Below, one piece after another: positions 10,738-24,995 of a DNA stretch of 64,000 bases. Every line of letters begins with the position of its first letter. The first letter of the stretch is position 1. The position numbers were made by a program, and so were the translations under genes. Below the pieces are notes generated by a model. It did no database searches. It was not told the DNA's origin and was given only the letters and a program-made list of their open reading frames with translations. The stretch covers positions 492,819 to 556,818 of the forward strand of contig CAJFCJ010000007.1 in the NCBI GenBank assembly GCA_904063045.1. The letters are read 5' to 3'. The stretch comes from Dimorphilus gyrociliatus. Taxonomy: Eukaryota; Animalia; Annelida.

Positions 10738-12960
10738 CTACTCATCGTCTTCATCAAGTACGATTTCTTCAACTTTAACCAAAAATTCGACTGTCTCTTC
10801 CTCGAATTCAACGTCATCAGAGCGTTCATCGGTGTCAAATCCTAAAGAGAAACAAAACAATTATAGTTTTTTCAAATTAACATTTAAGCATTACACACCT
10901 TTACGTAAGTCCCGTCTCCTTTGGTAATCTTTCTGCAATTTAGCTTCCGTCTGTTTGCAGAAATTAGTCCATTCCTGCATAGCCTTTTTCCTCTTTTCAA
11001 TTTGTTCCGAGCTCACTTGCTCTTCTCGCTGAATATCGATTAACTTGAATTTGCTATGATATTTTTTCATATTTTTCTTGATATCTTTCAAGGCCTTGTC
11101 GCTCAGCAAACATTTGGGTCTTGGTCTCCAGAAAAATTGACAGAAACGATCGAGAGGCGACTTCTGTAGCAGCTTCCCTTGGAAATTCCATATCCAAAAA
11201 GCATTGTCAACCTTGTGACTCCAATAGGATACAGATGAAGTAACATATCGGCCAGTTGGATCCCATTCAACATCAGTTGCCATAAAATGTTCTACTTGTG
11301 ACATAATTGTCATATCAGATGTATCTATAAACTCTAGGATGCCATTCATCTGTTTTAAACCTGCCAGTACCACAAATTGACCCTGGGGAGACCAAAATAT
11401 GAGATTGGCTGATTTCTTTTCAAACATTTTCATTAATTCAACAGATCCAGCTTTCTTTACATTATAGAAAGAGACATTTATTCTTGGGGCTTCACCATGA
11501 ATAAAAGAGAATTTTGTTCCAACTGGTTCCCAAGCAAATGCTTTTATATTTTCTTTTACCTCAACAGTATCAATAGGAACTTGTTTTTCCCTTATTCGGA
11601 AAACATTCAAATTATGGTAAATGGCAGAATATTTAACTTCCTTTCCCTCTATTTTACGCCCCTTATATCTATCAACTTTAACGCACAAATAATCTCCTGA
11701 CTTTTGCCAATACATTTTACAATCAGCAACTGTAAATAAGTTTTTCGTACAGAGTTGCTGTTTGCTAGGAATTTCCATAAGGACGACACGAGCAGGGGTA
11801 TTCTCTTCCTCAGGAGTCCAGTAACTAATTATGTTATCAGTTGGAGACCAATTAAAATCTCGAATACCTTTGATTCGAATACTCTTTTTGTCAACTAGGC
11901 CAAATGAAGGTGTTTCGTAAACTTGCAATAGGTCGTCTCGGATTCTGGCAAAATAGCGGCCGTCGTAACTCCATTTAAACACAGGCCAGACGGTGGCATT
12001 ATCACAGAGGAATCCACGTCTACGTTTGCCTGTCAGAATATCCCAAATAATAATGTCTTGGGGCTCATCTTTTGATTTATTTTCTGCTATGGGACAATAG
12101 GTAGACAGGTAGCGTTCACAAGGTGAAAAATCTATCAATTGAACGCCCTCGTGAGGAAATTTCTGAATTTGTTTGAAATTGGTTCCTCCCCACAAAGCAA
12201 CACCTTTAGGATGAAATGTTGCCAAGTAAGATCCACTTGGAGACCAACGAATTTCAGTTTCTGTCCAATTGAATCTTTCTTCTAGAAGTTTTGGTTTTCC
12301 ATGGGAGTTCCAGTAGACAGCTGTTTGGCGACCAGCTTCATAAATTACACTAAATTGATCTAAACAATCTTTGTCCATAAGAAAGTCGTATAGGTTGCCA
12401 GTATCCTTAAATGGCTGAGGCTCTGGGGGTTCCCATTCATCAGGAACAGAAGCATACTTATCAAGATCTGATAAGTGATTTACTAGGAAAATGTGCTGCT
12501 TATCTAGACGGTAGTTGTTGAATTCGTTAATAGCTGACGTAGCTTGCTCTCGATTTTCGTATTCAACAAAAATGTAACTGTTTGAGAAAATTTTCAAGAT
12601 GAACAAAATAATCTCAATACGTGTATATTACTAACCCTTTCGTTTTGCCATTTTCCATTGGGTAATGCTGATTGACAATATTTCCTATTTTAGCAAATTT
12701 CTTGGTGAGAACATTTCTTAGCTTCTCCAACCGGTCATCTTCAACAATAGGTACATTATCTACTACAATTACTGAATCAATTCCATCAATTTCTTTTGGC
12801 TTCCTTCTGAGTACATCATCAAGTAACTCTGAAAATATGGTGAGTACATTTTAATATTACGGTATATAGCACAGCAACAGATCCTACCATTGTCCGTAAT
12901 GTCGTCTATATAGTCTTCTGGATCACTAAAGTTAGGATCCTCTTCTGTGAGATGCACCAT
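10738..12960 (-). CDS. EIF3B: Eukaryotic translation initiation factor 3 subunit B
   Basis: [16 protein letters not shown]-terminus, RRM ([12 protein letters not shown]...KGYIFVEY), WD propeller ([21 protein letters not shown]) and C-terminal [13 protein letters not shown]. Stop TAG at 10738-10740. Confidence 0.97.
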
Positions 12961-13520
12961 ACTACAGCGGCAGTATTAAGTATATCTCAAACCATCTACA
13001 GACAAAAAAGATTTTAGCTTTGAGAAAAAGAGAGACACAACTAGTAACAGTCCAAGGGAGTTTATAGTGAAGTAGACTATGATTACACTTACCAAATAGT
13101 GAAAACTTGGATTTCGTTCAGTAGTCTCACTGAATAACCGAATTAGGCTTTTAATAAATACTTAAAGGCTGACAAATAAGCAAAATGCCTAGGAAAACTT
13201 GTCGAACCACGTTGCCGGTCACCGGAAATAAGTTCTATCACGTGCAGACACGCATGCGCACTAGTTGTAAATTACAAGCTTTTAAATAGATGCTTTATAG
13301 ATTTTAATGATGAGGTTAATAAATGACGTCAACTATTTCAAACAAATTTACAATTAAAATTTCTAAATTATATTTGTAGTTTGTCAACAAGATTACTATT
13401 GGCTATGATCAAGTGAATCAGCCAATCAAAAAATTTGTTTCAGAAATATTGAAGCGTTTTTTTGACCTTCAACTTCCTGTTCAAAGTTGCCGCGATTTTA
13501 CTTTTTTATATAACATAACT

Positions 13521-16500
13521 ATGTCTTTTTACAATAGAAGTAGGAGTGAATCTAATGTAAGTCCATTGGCAAGAGAAAATCCATCTTATTCTGCTAAACG
13601 CGCACAATATGCCCGAAGATTCTCAAGATCACCTGGACCAAAACATTCTTTGGAACATCGAGCGGCAATAAGACGAGCAACACTATCTTCTAGAAGCGTT
13701 AAATCTGTATCAGGCTATGAAAGATCTCCCCTTAAAAGTATTCAGAGTGAGGAAGAGGATAGCGATGACAGACAAAGGAGAATTTCTTATGCGAATAGAA
13801 AAATGAATGATGAAGATGATGATGATGATGATGATGATGATGAAAGTGATGACGAAATTCAACGACCAAATACTAGCCCTTTTTTTAAGGTTGGGCGTCA
13901 GTATATTCCTCCTGGTTTGGAATTGCAGGAAGAAGACAATGAAAATGATAGTGATATTGAAAATGATGTTGATTTAGAATTGCTTCAAACTTCCCCGGAG
14001 GGTAGAGAAGTTAAGTCGAGGATTTTGCAAAGAACTAATCCAATCATATCTATGTCAGAGTCTGATTCAGATATAGAGGAGAGAAGAGCAGCAGAAAGTA
14101 AATTTAGGATTGGTAGAGGACCTTTATCCCAAAGGGATTTTATCAGTAATGAAAGTTCAATAACCCCTGTAATAAGTCGAAGTGATCATTCTCACAGAAA
14201 GTCGACAGCAAACAGTATCTATTCTCGTAAATCATTTAATGCTAGATCAGCATCTATCAGCAGCCCTTCGAGGTCACTAAAAGAGACCCTTGTTAAAAGT
14301 ACTGGCATATCGCCAAAATCCATGATATCGGCACCATCTAGAGTACGACAAGAGGAATTGGAGCCCTATGAGAGACGTGTACCGAATGCCTTTGCCAGTA
14401 CCAATAATCTTCGCAAAACTAGATCTGTTTCGGTTGGTGCCAGAACTCCCCCCAAAGCTTCCGTTTCAAGTAGAAAATCAGATATTTTACATACTCGTCA
14501 AAGAAGATTATCAAAGATGTCCGTGCGTTCACATCCGCTTAGAGAAAGTATGGGACATGTGTCAAGGCGATACTCACCACGTAAAGAAGATTTCGCAGTT
14601 CAAGATGAAAATCAACCACCCATTTACAACGAAAAGTGGGATGAAAGAGATCCCAGCAGAAATAAAACTAAAGAAGTAGAAACAAATTTTGCAAGCAATG
14701 AAAGTCAATCATCTCCTGAAAGTCGTCCTGTTTTTTCTGAAAAACCAAAGGATAGTTCAAAAAGACTAAGCAGAGTTAGTAGAAAAAGAGCAGAAGCAAT
14801 CTCTGAAATTAGTGATGATGAATCTTCACCGGAAAGTCGTCCCCATGCAGCTGAAGGTCTTAGACCGGGTTTAACAGGAACTACGAACAGATTTATTGAA
14901 AAAGATCAGATTGAAGAAAATAGTTCTGAAAGTAGTGATGAGGAATATTCGCCAGCTTATCAACCAGTAATTACTGAAAAGAGAAGAAGTAGTAAAAGAG
15001 TTTCCAATAGATTGAGTAATAAACCGGAAGAATTAAACCCAAAAAGTAATGATGAACAGTATACTCTGTCAACCAAATCTCCAAGTAAGAATAAGAGAAA
15101 GAGTATTAAAAGAGCTGTCGGTAGATCGAGTAATAAATCTGAGGAATTAGATTCCAAAAGTAGTGATGAAGAATATCAACCAGCAAATAAGTCTACTACA
15201 AACAAGAAAAAGAGTGTTAAAAAAGCCACTAATAGGCAAAGTCATAAACCGGAACAGATAGATTTGAAAAGTAGTGATGAAGAATATTCTCCAACAAACA
15301 ATTATTCAACAAGTAAGAAACGAAAGAGCATGAAGAGAGCTTCAAGCAAATTAAGTAACAAACCAGAACAAATAGACTCAATCAGCAGCGGAGAGGATAA
15401 CTCAGCGGTTAACCAAAGAAGGAGTATGACAAGATCCTCATCTAGGATAAACAATAAATCAGAAGAAGTATCCTCTAAAAGTCATGACGAGGAATCGCTG
15501 GAAGACCAAAATCAGATATCAAGTAAGAAAAGAAAAAGGCAACGAACTTCCAGCAAAACTAGTAACAGGGCAGAAATACACCCTAAAGATGACGACGAGC
15601 AATCATCTTCCGAAAGTCAACCTTTTGCTTCTAATGATCGTAGACGCAGTTCCCGGAAATCCAAAGGAGGACTTAGCGCTAAACCTACAGAAATAGACTC
15701 CGATAACGATGATAGTCAGCCTTCTAGCGAGCAGTCACCAGATTATGCGAAGAGAAAACGAAGCTCAATGAGAACTTCAGGTAGCTCTGGCACGAAGCCT
15801 ATTGAACCATCGTCCAAAAGGAGTGATAATCAATCTGAACATGCAAATATTCCTAACCGTTCTGTTAGTGAAAGTGAGCCCTCAGGAACTCAAAATATTG
15901 TTCAAAGATTTGAGGTTACGCCAGCCGTCTTGCAAGAACCATTGCAAGAAACAGAGAAGGAAGTTGAAAATAGTATTACAAATAAGCATAGACGAATAAA
16001 CGTTATTGAGGAAGAAGAATCTAATGAAGGTGGATCCCCTTTTAGACCTGTGAGTTTTATTTTATTTTGCTCTTAAATATACAGAACTTATTTCAAATTA
16101 CAGAAACCAAACTTTTTCTCGAGCACACAAATAGAAGATGCTTACGGTATGGAGCTGAATTTGGCTCTGTCTCCTATAATTAAGCATACACCAAGAAGGG
16201 TGATTACGGTAGCCGTTTAAAAGTGCATATCTTTTCCCTATTATAAATAATTATTCTTTTTAAGGAACCTTCCCCTTTAGTTGATGTCACTCCTAAGGCA
16301 AAAGTTATATCTTCAAAACCTATGGAACATGATGATGAAGAAAATATTAAAAAGAATGATAAAGTACAAAAAAAGAAACAAAATAGAGACGTTGAAAGTG
16401 AAGATAAAGAAAAGCAGAATGCAAATCAAGAAAATGAAAGCGAAGATGAGGTAAAGGAAAAAGAAACTCAAGCGAAAGGGGAAGAAGAAAAAGAACAAGA

Positions 16501-17543
16501 AAAAAGTGATGAACAAAAGAAATCAAAGTAAGCATAATTTCTAACTTGTTGATATATGTATATGTTCATTAATATGTCTTTCAGGAAAGTTCAAAGAACA
16601 CTACAGCTTCCTCTCTTTTGGCCGCAAAGTAAAGATACTGATGAAACACCTACCTTCCTGAATACGTATGCAATTTAAATACATATAAATATTTTCAATA
16701 TTGTGCAATTCTTTTTTTTAACAGATCCTCACCTAAAAATAACGCCAGATCAAAGATGTTTCGACGAACGCTTACAGGGAAAAAGCTTAAACATAGAGAC
16801 AGTGTAAAATCCCCTGAGGTAGATATTTAAATATTTTCATGAATATTACTAACAGCTCTTTTTAGCCAAAGAAAAGAAAACTGGAAAAAAATCTCTCTTC
16901 CACTTCCCTTAAAGTACATTTTATAGTTGTTTTAGTCAGAAAAGTAATAGAATTTTATTTTTTTCAGAACAAGAAACGATTATCAGGCATGAAACAAAGG
17001 AATAAAAGTGAATCATTAACACCTGAAAAGAAGACTTTAACTCGACGGGTAGGTTTTGATGAATTGTTTTCGTGCTAAATATTATATCTTGCTCTTTTTT
17101 CAGGCTCCAAACAATGGTGCTCTTTATACACTCTTACCAAGATCACAAATTTCATGGATCTGTCAGCAGCATTTAGGAGTTCGTGTGCCTAAGGAATGCT
17201 TAGAAGAGTGTGCTGATTTGTATGAATTTTTAAATTATCTATCCATAATCAATGCTCTCTAAATATTTTAATTATAGTGCCGAAAAAGCTTATCAGCAGT
17301 TACTGAACGATGTGGAAGACTATGCTCAGCATGCTGGTCGAAAGAAAGTTACAGTAGCAGATCACTTTCTTCTATTTAAAAGGTTTGCTTATTGTCTATA
17401 AACTATCATCATTATAGTTAGATATTTATAGGTTACGGCTAATCAATGACCGGGTATCTAAGCTGGCATTCTGTCAACAACGATTATCAAAAGAATTAGT
17501 TCACGAAGTTCTTTCAACTGATAAAACGAAGAATCAGAAATAA
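13521..17543 (+). CDS. CENPT: Centromere protein T-like: very long disordered N-terminus plus C-terminal histone fold (about 1180 aa, 10 exons)
   Basis: All introns splice in frame. The C-terminal exons give QQLLNDVEDYAQHAGRKKVTVADHFLLFKRLRLINDRVS...LSKELVHEVL, matching the CENP-T histone fold (DLEVFAAHAGRKTV..D..LL.RR). ATG at 13521 is preferred over the GTG-started ORF at 13413. Confidence 0.75.
13815..13841 (+). repeat. (GAT)9 coding microsatellite (poly-Asp)
   Basis: Direct reading; in frame within the CENP-T-like exon 1. Confidence 0.9.
14900..15830 (+). repeat. Degenerate coding tandem repeat of about 111-114 bp (37-38 aa), about 8-9 copies
   Basis: Units start at 15015, 15129, 15240, 15354, 15450, 15561, 15675 and 15789. 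Approximate consensus SNKPEEIDxKSSDEEY...KKRKSxKR. Confidence 0.85.
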
Positions 17544-18153
17544 AAGCCATCATTTACTCAGAATTTTAGACTCAGAAAATTATAAATAATCGAAACGAAA
17601 TTGTCTACCTAGAGTGGTTTAACGTGTCATAAAATATGAATTTGAAAAAACTATTGACACTCAAGTTTAAGCTTCAATATATGTGAAGGCGCTACTGTTC
17701 AGTCTATGTTGATCATTTTATACTAAGAATGTACAAAGTTACTTAATTTTTGACTACCACGTTTTTTATGAACGAAATAAAGTTCTGTCTAGTTAAAATA
17801 TATACTGTTTTCATGATTAATAAGAAAACTACGTGGTTATAATTGGATACTATAATTATTGCATCCTCTAAAAATATTAACTTATGTTTTCATTTAGACT
17901 TAAATCCTTTGCTATTTTATAACATAAAGCTAAAAAAGCTGATAGTTTATATATATAATTATTCATTCGTGGTGGGAAATTCATTCATAAATATTATTTT
18001 CTTGACAGTGTTTCATGATAAAAACTAAATAATTTTGAAATAAAACTATTTTTAAATTACGATTTTTCTGCGGTAAACTGGTTTTTTTATTATTATACTA
18101 AACTGGTTCCCCGGAACTGTCAGGCAACGTTTCCCATAATTCGCATGAAAATT

Positions 18154-18161
18154 TCCTTTTC
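18154..18161 (+). promoter_or_regulatory. TCT / 5'TOP-type polypyrimidine initiator of RPS15A
   Basis: TCCTTTTC fits YYCTTTYY. It is followed by a short non-coding exon and a GTATGT donor at about 18182, as is typical of ribosomal protein genes. Confidence 0.5.
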
Positions 18162-18355
18162 CGGTTTGCGTCCCGTGTGTGGTATGTAGGAAATTTTTTT
18201 CTAGAAAATCTTCGGATATCTTTGTGCCTTTTCAGTATTTATTGCTAATTTTCGCTTCCAAAGATATACCAAGATATTGATTATCATATTTGAGCAATAT
18301 ATTTTCGTTAAAACTAATACTTTATATGTATGGGCAGGTGCAATAACATCTCGTC

Positions 18356-18979
<624 letters not shown>

Positions 18980-19095
18980 AAACAATTTTTTTCCTTGATA
19001 TGGAATAAAAACAATCGGATTTTTGAAACTTAAAAATTGTAGCGGTGCACACTGATGTCAGAAATGTGCTCACTGTATGAATGTTAATCTAGCAC

Positions 19096-21258
19096 TCAAT
19101 CTGAATCTGAGCGTCCATCAAATAGTTCTAGACGAAGCTCTTTTAACAAACCTTTAGTTTGCGCGTAGTATAGAAGAGCCGTGTGACAAAAAACATATTG
19201 ATCAGGCATTTGGATAGAGTGAGCTCTTTGAGTTCGTATCCTTCTAACAGTCTCTCGAACGTCAACATATCCGGTATGATCTAATTTGCTAGTCCCGATG
19301 TCCATACATATAAATGTTCCAGTTCGTCCTATTCCAGCAGAACAATGCACAACTATAGGTTTCCTACTATCTCCTTGAGCCGCTCGAACTTGATACATAA
19401 AATTAAGAAAGGCACCAGCCGGAGGTGTTCCATAATCAGGCCAAGACGTAAATTGAAAATGCGTTATCAGCCGTTCTTCTTGACTTGGCAGATACTTTAA
19501 CCTCAACTTCGTAATTGAAAAGTCTTTCTCTCTCTCAGCATCTTCATTTTGTATTTCAAACTGATCATGAACAACAGAACCAGATAGGGGCCAATACTGA
19601 CCACATTTCATTCTACCCCTTTCAACTACTTTTGTGGTCATTACAATCACATGACTACCTTGTTCCCAGATCATTCTCCAAAAGTGCCCAAAAGTCTGAT
19701 TGAGAGGTCCTTGTGTGCTTATGTACATAGCAGATTTTAGATAACCATCCACAAAATTAGCATTTATATAATCGTCGTCATAGCTGCATGTTTTAAGTTT
19801 AACTCTTGTGGAATCTAGACAATGAACATCGGTGTAACGATTTTTTGAAATGTTAGCGGCCTGCTTGGAAATTTCAAAAGTCCCCTCCATACGTTCCATT
19901 CTTATTTGTGAATATTGCTCATGAAGCCCAGCCTCTTTTAGTTTATTTACATGGTCGAGCAGTTCGCGTGGCGACATTCCTTCTTTATTGGCAGTATGAA
20001 TACTATCCTCTTCGAATAATTCATCCTTCTCCAGTTCTTCATTGGATTGTTTTTCAGTTAATGAAGAAACAGAGCTAACTGAAGGTGTCCTGACACCAAA
20101 CTTTTCTAATTTCTCATTTATTAAAAGAGCGTCAGCTTCCGGAGAATGTATTCTAAAGCAATCCATTAGCCATTGCATGTGATCAATAGTATGTTCACCT
20201 CCCAAACGAGTGGGCAGTGCATTTACTGGAACGTGTTGATTTAAATCCTTTATATCAACAGTGTGAACTCGATCTCGTAGTTTTTCCCTTACGAAGAGTC
20301 GCAGAAATTTAAAAGGAGCCCGAAACCATAATGGGGCTTTAACAATCAATATCTTTTTTAATCGAGCAGGAAAGGAGCCCTAACAAAGTATAAAATATAT
20401 TCATACAATAATGCTAAATATATAAGTGGGCCTAAGCAGTTTCCAAGAATCACTTATACCCCAGGAATAATTCTATATAAATGCATATGTGCTAATTCTT
20501 CGAAACGAACTCCTGAATACCACAATTTATATTTGTTATACAAACCTTTAAAATCATTAATATCTTGACGCTTAAATCGTAATCGAAATTTGGAAATTTC
20601 GCTGAAGTCATATCATATATGAAAATAAGACCGTTTCGTTGAGCGTCCAAAGATCGCATGGCAGCGTCTAACTGATAAACTAATGCATGAATGACTGCCG
20701 TTCTGGTTGTTTCTTTCGGATAATGTAGGCGAGCCGTAAATAAACCAACTACAGAACCGTCTTCACTTCTTTCAGGCTTAATTGTTAAAGAGAAAAGGAA
20801 GTTAAATGATATTATAAAAAAAAATTATTGGATATTATAAAGAATATATTAACACATAAATTTGACCAAATAATATTATTTTTTATATTTATACTAAAAG
20901 AAAAAACAATTTTTTACCAATATTGTTAGTTTGCCGGTAGTCAGCTCTTTCAGCACAGAGTCGTCTTTTAACGGATCGATTTTTTCTAATTGTTCTAATT
21001 TACGAACTTTCTGCAATACTCTGTCTGTTAGAAGAATTATAAAAGGTTAATAAGTATTACCTGATATTCCAGATATAAGTTAAAAGCTCTATCAACGTCC
21101 AATTTTCTAGCCATTATACATTGTTGGGCAACATTACGTTCAATTTTTGTTAGTCCATCATATTTCGTTAAACGTTGAATTAATTCCTCAGTAGCCTTCT
21201 CTTCGTCAACTTTAAGACCTAATTTTACGTTGTTTTCCACCATCTTATGTCTTAGCAC
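19096..21258 (-). CDS. PTPN9: Sec14/CRAL-TRIO plus protein tyrosine phosphatase (PTP-MEG2)
   Basis: ARKLDVDRA, ELTTGKLTIL, LFTARLH and QRNGLIFIYDM (Sec14). KNRY, WPDYG, VHCSAGIGRTG and QY motifs are intact. The start is at 21258 or 21243. Confidence 0.95.
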
Positions 21259-21879
21259 ATTTCAAGCTTTTTCTAGAAAATAATCTACAGCTGAATGTCA
21301 TTCCCCAGTCTAAAAGAATTATGCAGAAATTATAATTAAGCATTTCTTTGCGAAGAATTGTTCGTCAGACACAATTATATAAGGGATTTCTTATAATCAA
21401 ATAAAAAACAATAAAACACATGACTTTAAGCGAATTATTCACTTGATTTCTTTAAATAAGGTAATATTAAAAACTTTAGCAACAAAAAATAAGAATCATT
21501 TCAATCTTTTTTAATTTAGAAATTTTTTAAATGTGAAAAGCCTTAGAATAGTAAAATTCAAGTCAATTGCTTACGATTAATGCTTCTGTAATCTTCTCTC
21601 ACGAGTAAAAAGTTTAAAAATAGATAAAATACGATGATTAATATGTGGATAAAAAATGTACTTCCGGTTTATTTTCGTAGATTTCTTAAAATTATGCGTT
21701 TTTATTAGGGTATTTCAAATATATTAAATTATTGCGTCTCAGTGAAATTACAAGCAAATTTTAGAGAATTCACTTTCATGTAAAAAAAATGACGTCACTT
21801 ATGATGATTAATTGTCATTAGAAAATCCCCTGCAGTCGTTAAAACTCGAAGTCATTCAAATATTTCATTTTAACTCGAA

Positions 21880-24652
21880 ATGTTCGGCTCAAAGGCAACA
21901 TTTGAGAAATTAGTTGGTATGTAAATAAACTTTTATTTGACATTGATCATTTGATTGCATAAAATTTAGCATATAACAATGTTCTAAAGCTTCCAATGAA
22001 ATTTTCAAAGCGATTGTAATTTAAAATTTTTTTTTAAATAGACAAAGCAACAAGTCAGTTAAACTTGGATCCAGATTGGGATTCCATACTGCAAGTATGC
22101 GACACTATAAGAAAAAACGAAGTCTCGTTAGTTTCAATCTATTATTTTTAAATCAAGTTTGATGACTTATTTTCATCCCTTCGATGAATCATTCTTTTTC
22201 TTATGTAGGGCTAAGAATGCTTTAACGTCCATAAAGAAGCGTATAAATAGTGACAACCCTCGCACAGCAATGTATGCCCTCCAAGTAAGAATATTTATAC
22301 ATTGCTTAACTTTTATCTTTGTTATTAACTAAAATAATCTTTAAAGGTGCTTGAATCAGCAGTGAAAAATTGTGGCTCGAATTTTCATCAAGAAGTGGCA
22401 AATAAAGATTTTATGGAATTTATGAAAACACAGATACGCGTAATGACGATTTAATTCTGTTTTTGTTATAAAAGTAATTGTATAAAATATTATTGTAGGA
22501 TCGACCAGAAGTTATCCGAAACAAGCTACTTGAACTAATTCAAGTTTGGTCTCATGCTTTTCGAAATGATACTGAACTAAAGGCTATTCAAGATACATTT
22601 AACGTTCTTAAGATAGAAGGATATTCATTTCCAGAATTTGCAGAATCCGATGCTATGTATAGATCGGAAGTACCACCAGAATGGAAAGATGGAGATAATT
22701 GTTTTAGATGTCGAACTCCTTTCAGCCTTACTGTAAGGAAGCATCACTGTCGTCATTGTGGACAGGTAAGATTGATTTGTCTCAAAAGAGATAGAAATTG
22801 TATTAATTTGCTATTTTTTTCTGCTTTTTCCCTAGGTATTTTGCAATAAATGTTCATCAAAACAATGCCCAATACCGAAATTTGGATTTGATAAGGATGT
22901 TAGAGTTTGTGAACCTTGTCATGATGTTCTTACAAAGTAAGTGTTAGCAGAACATTAATTATTTATTTATTCTCGATAATTTTTCGCTCTCTCCGCTTTA
23001 TCGTCTTTAACAGTTTATTCCAAAACATTTTGAATGTTTTGCGTTATTCACTGCCTAAAACTGGTTGTTGAAAATGTATTTTTTTCTCTGTCTTTTAAAT
23101 CTAATATTAGCCTCATTATATTTCCAAGTATCATTTTAATTTGTAGATATAAACTTAAAGATTTAAAAGAACGGAAAATTACGTAAATCTTAGGGATAAT
23201 TAACTTATTATTTTTTCTCTTTGTTGAGACGGATATAATATAGTATTAATTTCGGTTTACAGAGGCTCCTCCTCAAAATATTCTGAAAACCAGACGGATT
23301 TACCAGCTGAATATATATCTTCTGCGTTGTTTAAAGAGTCGCAAAAACCTCAGGTTGACCAAACCGCAATTGATCGAAAATTCGATGAGGAAACAGAATT
23401 GGCAATAGCTTTAAGCAAGTCTTTGGAGGAATCAGCAGCAAAATTGAACGTCACGATTCCACAAAATAGTACAACTTCTAAAATTCCATCAGCTGAGACA
23501 AGCGAAATGGACCCTGAACTTAGAAGATACTTAGACACTGATTATTGGAAGGAAAAAGCAAAGCAGACTGTGAATTATGAAACTAAAGGTAGTAATAGTG
23601 CGGTAAATGGAGAATCAGCAACTCTTGCACCTAGTACTTCCCAACCCTCCGCCCCAGAAGTTATATTAACTGGTGCTACGAGTGAGGAGGAGGAAGAATT
23701 TTTGAAAGCTTTACGAAGATCTGTTGAAATTTTTGTCAACAGAATGAAGTCGGATGCTGCAAGAGGACGCTCGATTGCTCATGACTCGTCTGTGCAAACT
23801 CTTTTCTCTACAATCGCTGCGATGCATCCGAGACTTATGGCCCTTATGGCTGAACAAGAAGAACGAAGAGCATACATGGAAAGTTTACAAGATAGATTAA
23901 TGCAAATGAAGGATGCAAGAGAAGCCCTTGACGGTCTAAGAGAAGAAGAGAAAGAGAAACGTAGGAAGGCTGCTGAAGAAGCTCAAAAACAGAGACAGTT
24001 AGCAATGAATGCTAAGTTAGCAGAATACAGGGCAAGAAAATATGACTATTTAGAAATGCAAAGACAGCAATTCCACCAACGAATGATGGAACAAGAGAGA
24101 GAATTGGCTGCAAGAATACAACAACATAGGGAGATGCAACAAGTTAGAAATATGCAATGGATTCCAGGAGCTCCTGTACCCGCAAACATCCCTCAAAATA
24201 TGGCACCAGCGAATTATGGAATGCCACCTAACGTGAGGCCTAATGCGCAAAATGTTTCGCAACCGCAAATGATGCCACCCAACAATCAAATGTATGCTCC
24301 GACTGATCCACAAATGATGCAGAGTCAAGTTCCTGGTAATCAGTATCCTCCTCCGGGATCAGCTGTTCCCAACATGGTTCCTGCATCAGAAACTTCTCCA
24401 ATGCATCAGCCAGGGTTTACTCATATGCCTCCTCAGAATATGGTTCCACCTGGTGGCATGGGACCACCACAGGGTCAATACGTTCCTCAAATGGGAGTCG
24501 ATCCAAATCAGGTCTATCAGTTCCAGCAACCCCATCCCCAACAACAGCAACAACTCCCTCAACAGCATCCTAACCCTGTTAACCAGATGAGTTCAGGTCC
24601 TCAGCAAGCTCCGCCACCACAAGATAATCAGCAATTAATTTCTTTCGATTAA
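21880..24652 (+). CDS. HGS: Hepatocyte growth factor-regulated tyrosine kinase substrate (Hrs/Vps27, ESCRT-0)
   Basis: VHS (FEKLVDKATSQLNLDPDWDSILQVCD), FYVE (RKHHCRHCG), UIM (EETELAIALSKSLEE), GAT coiled coil, P/Q-rich tail and terminal clathrin box LISFD. Confidence 0.96.
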
Positions 24653-24995
24653 CTAAGCTTTATGTCATTTATATTTTACTAATTAATAAATTTAACTTTT
24701 ATTTAGTAATTTTCTTAAATTTACAAGGTCATGTGTGATAATATAAGTAAATAGACAGCGGAAAATTCCCAGTTTGATAAAGTATTGTACTTCAATGGGA
24801 AGATAATTGTTTGAATGAAGTACTGGCTATTGTCATTTGATATGGAAGGTTTGGATAACTCTTAAGATTCGGACTCGTAATTGGTGAATCTTTATCTGTT
24901 TCTATCAAGGACAATATATAAAGCAGGGAACAGTTTTAAATTTACGATAGTCTTTTTTCGCAAACCCAACCACGCCACTTCCGGCCTCGTTTTCA

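Noticed and set aside
18182-18337. Possible H/ACA snoRNA in the RPS15A 5'UTR intron (ATATCTTT/AAAGATAT stem, ATACCA box)
   Set aside because: The second hairpin is too short and no ACA box follows.
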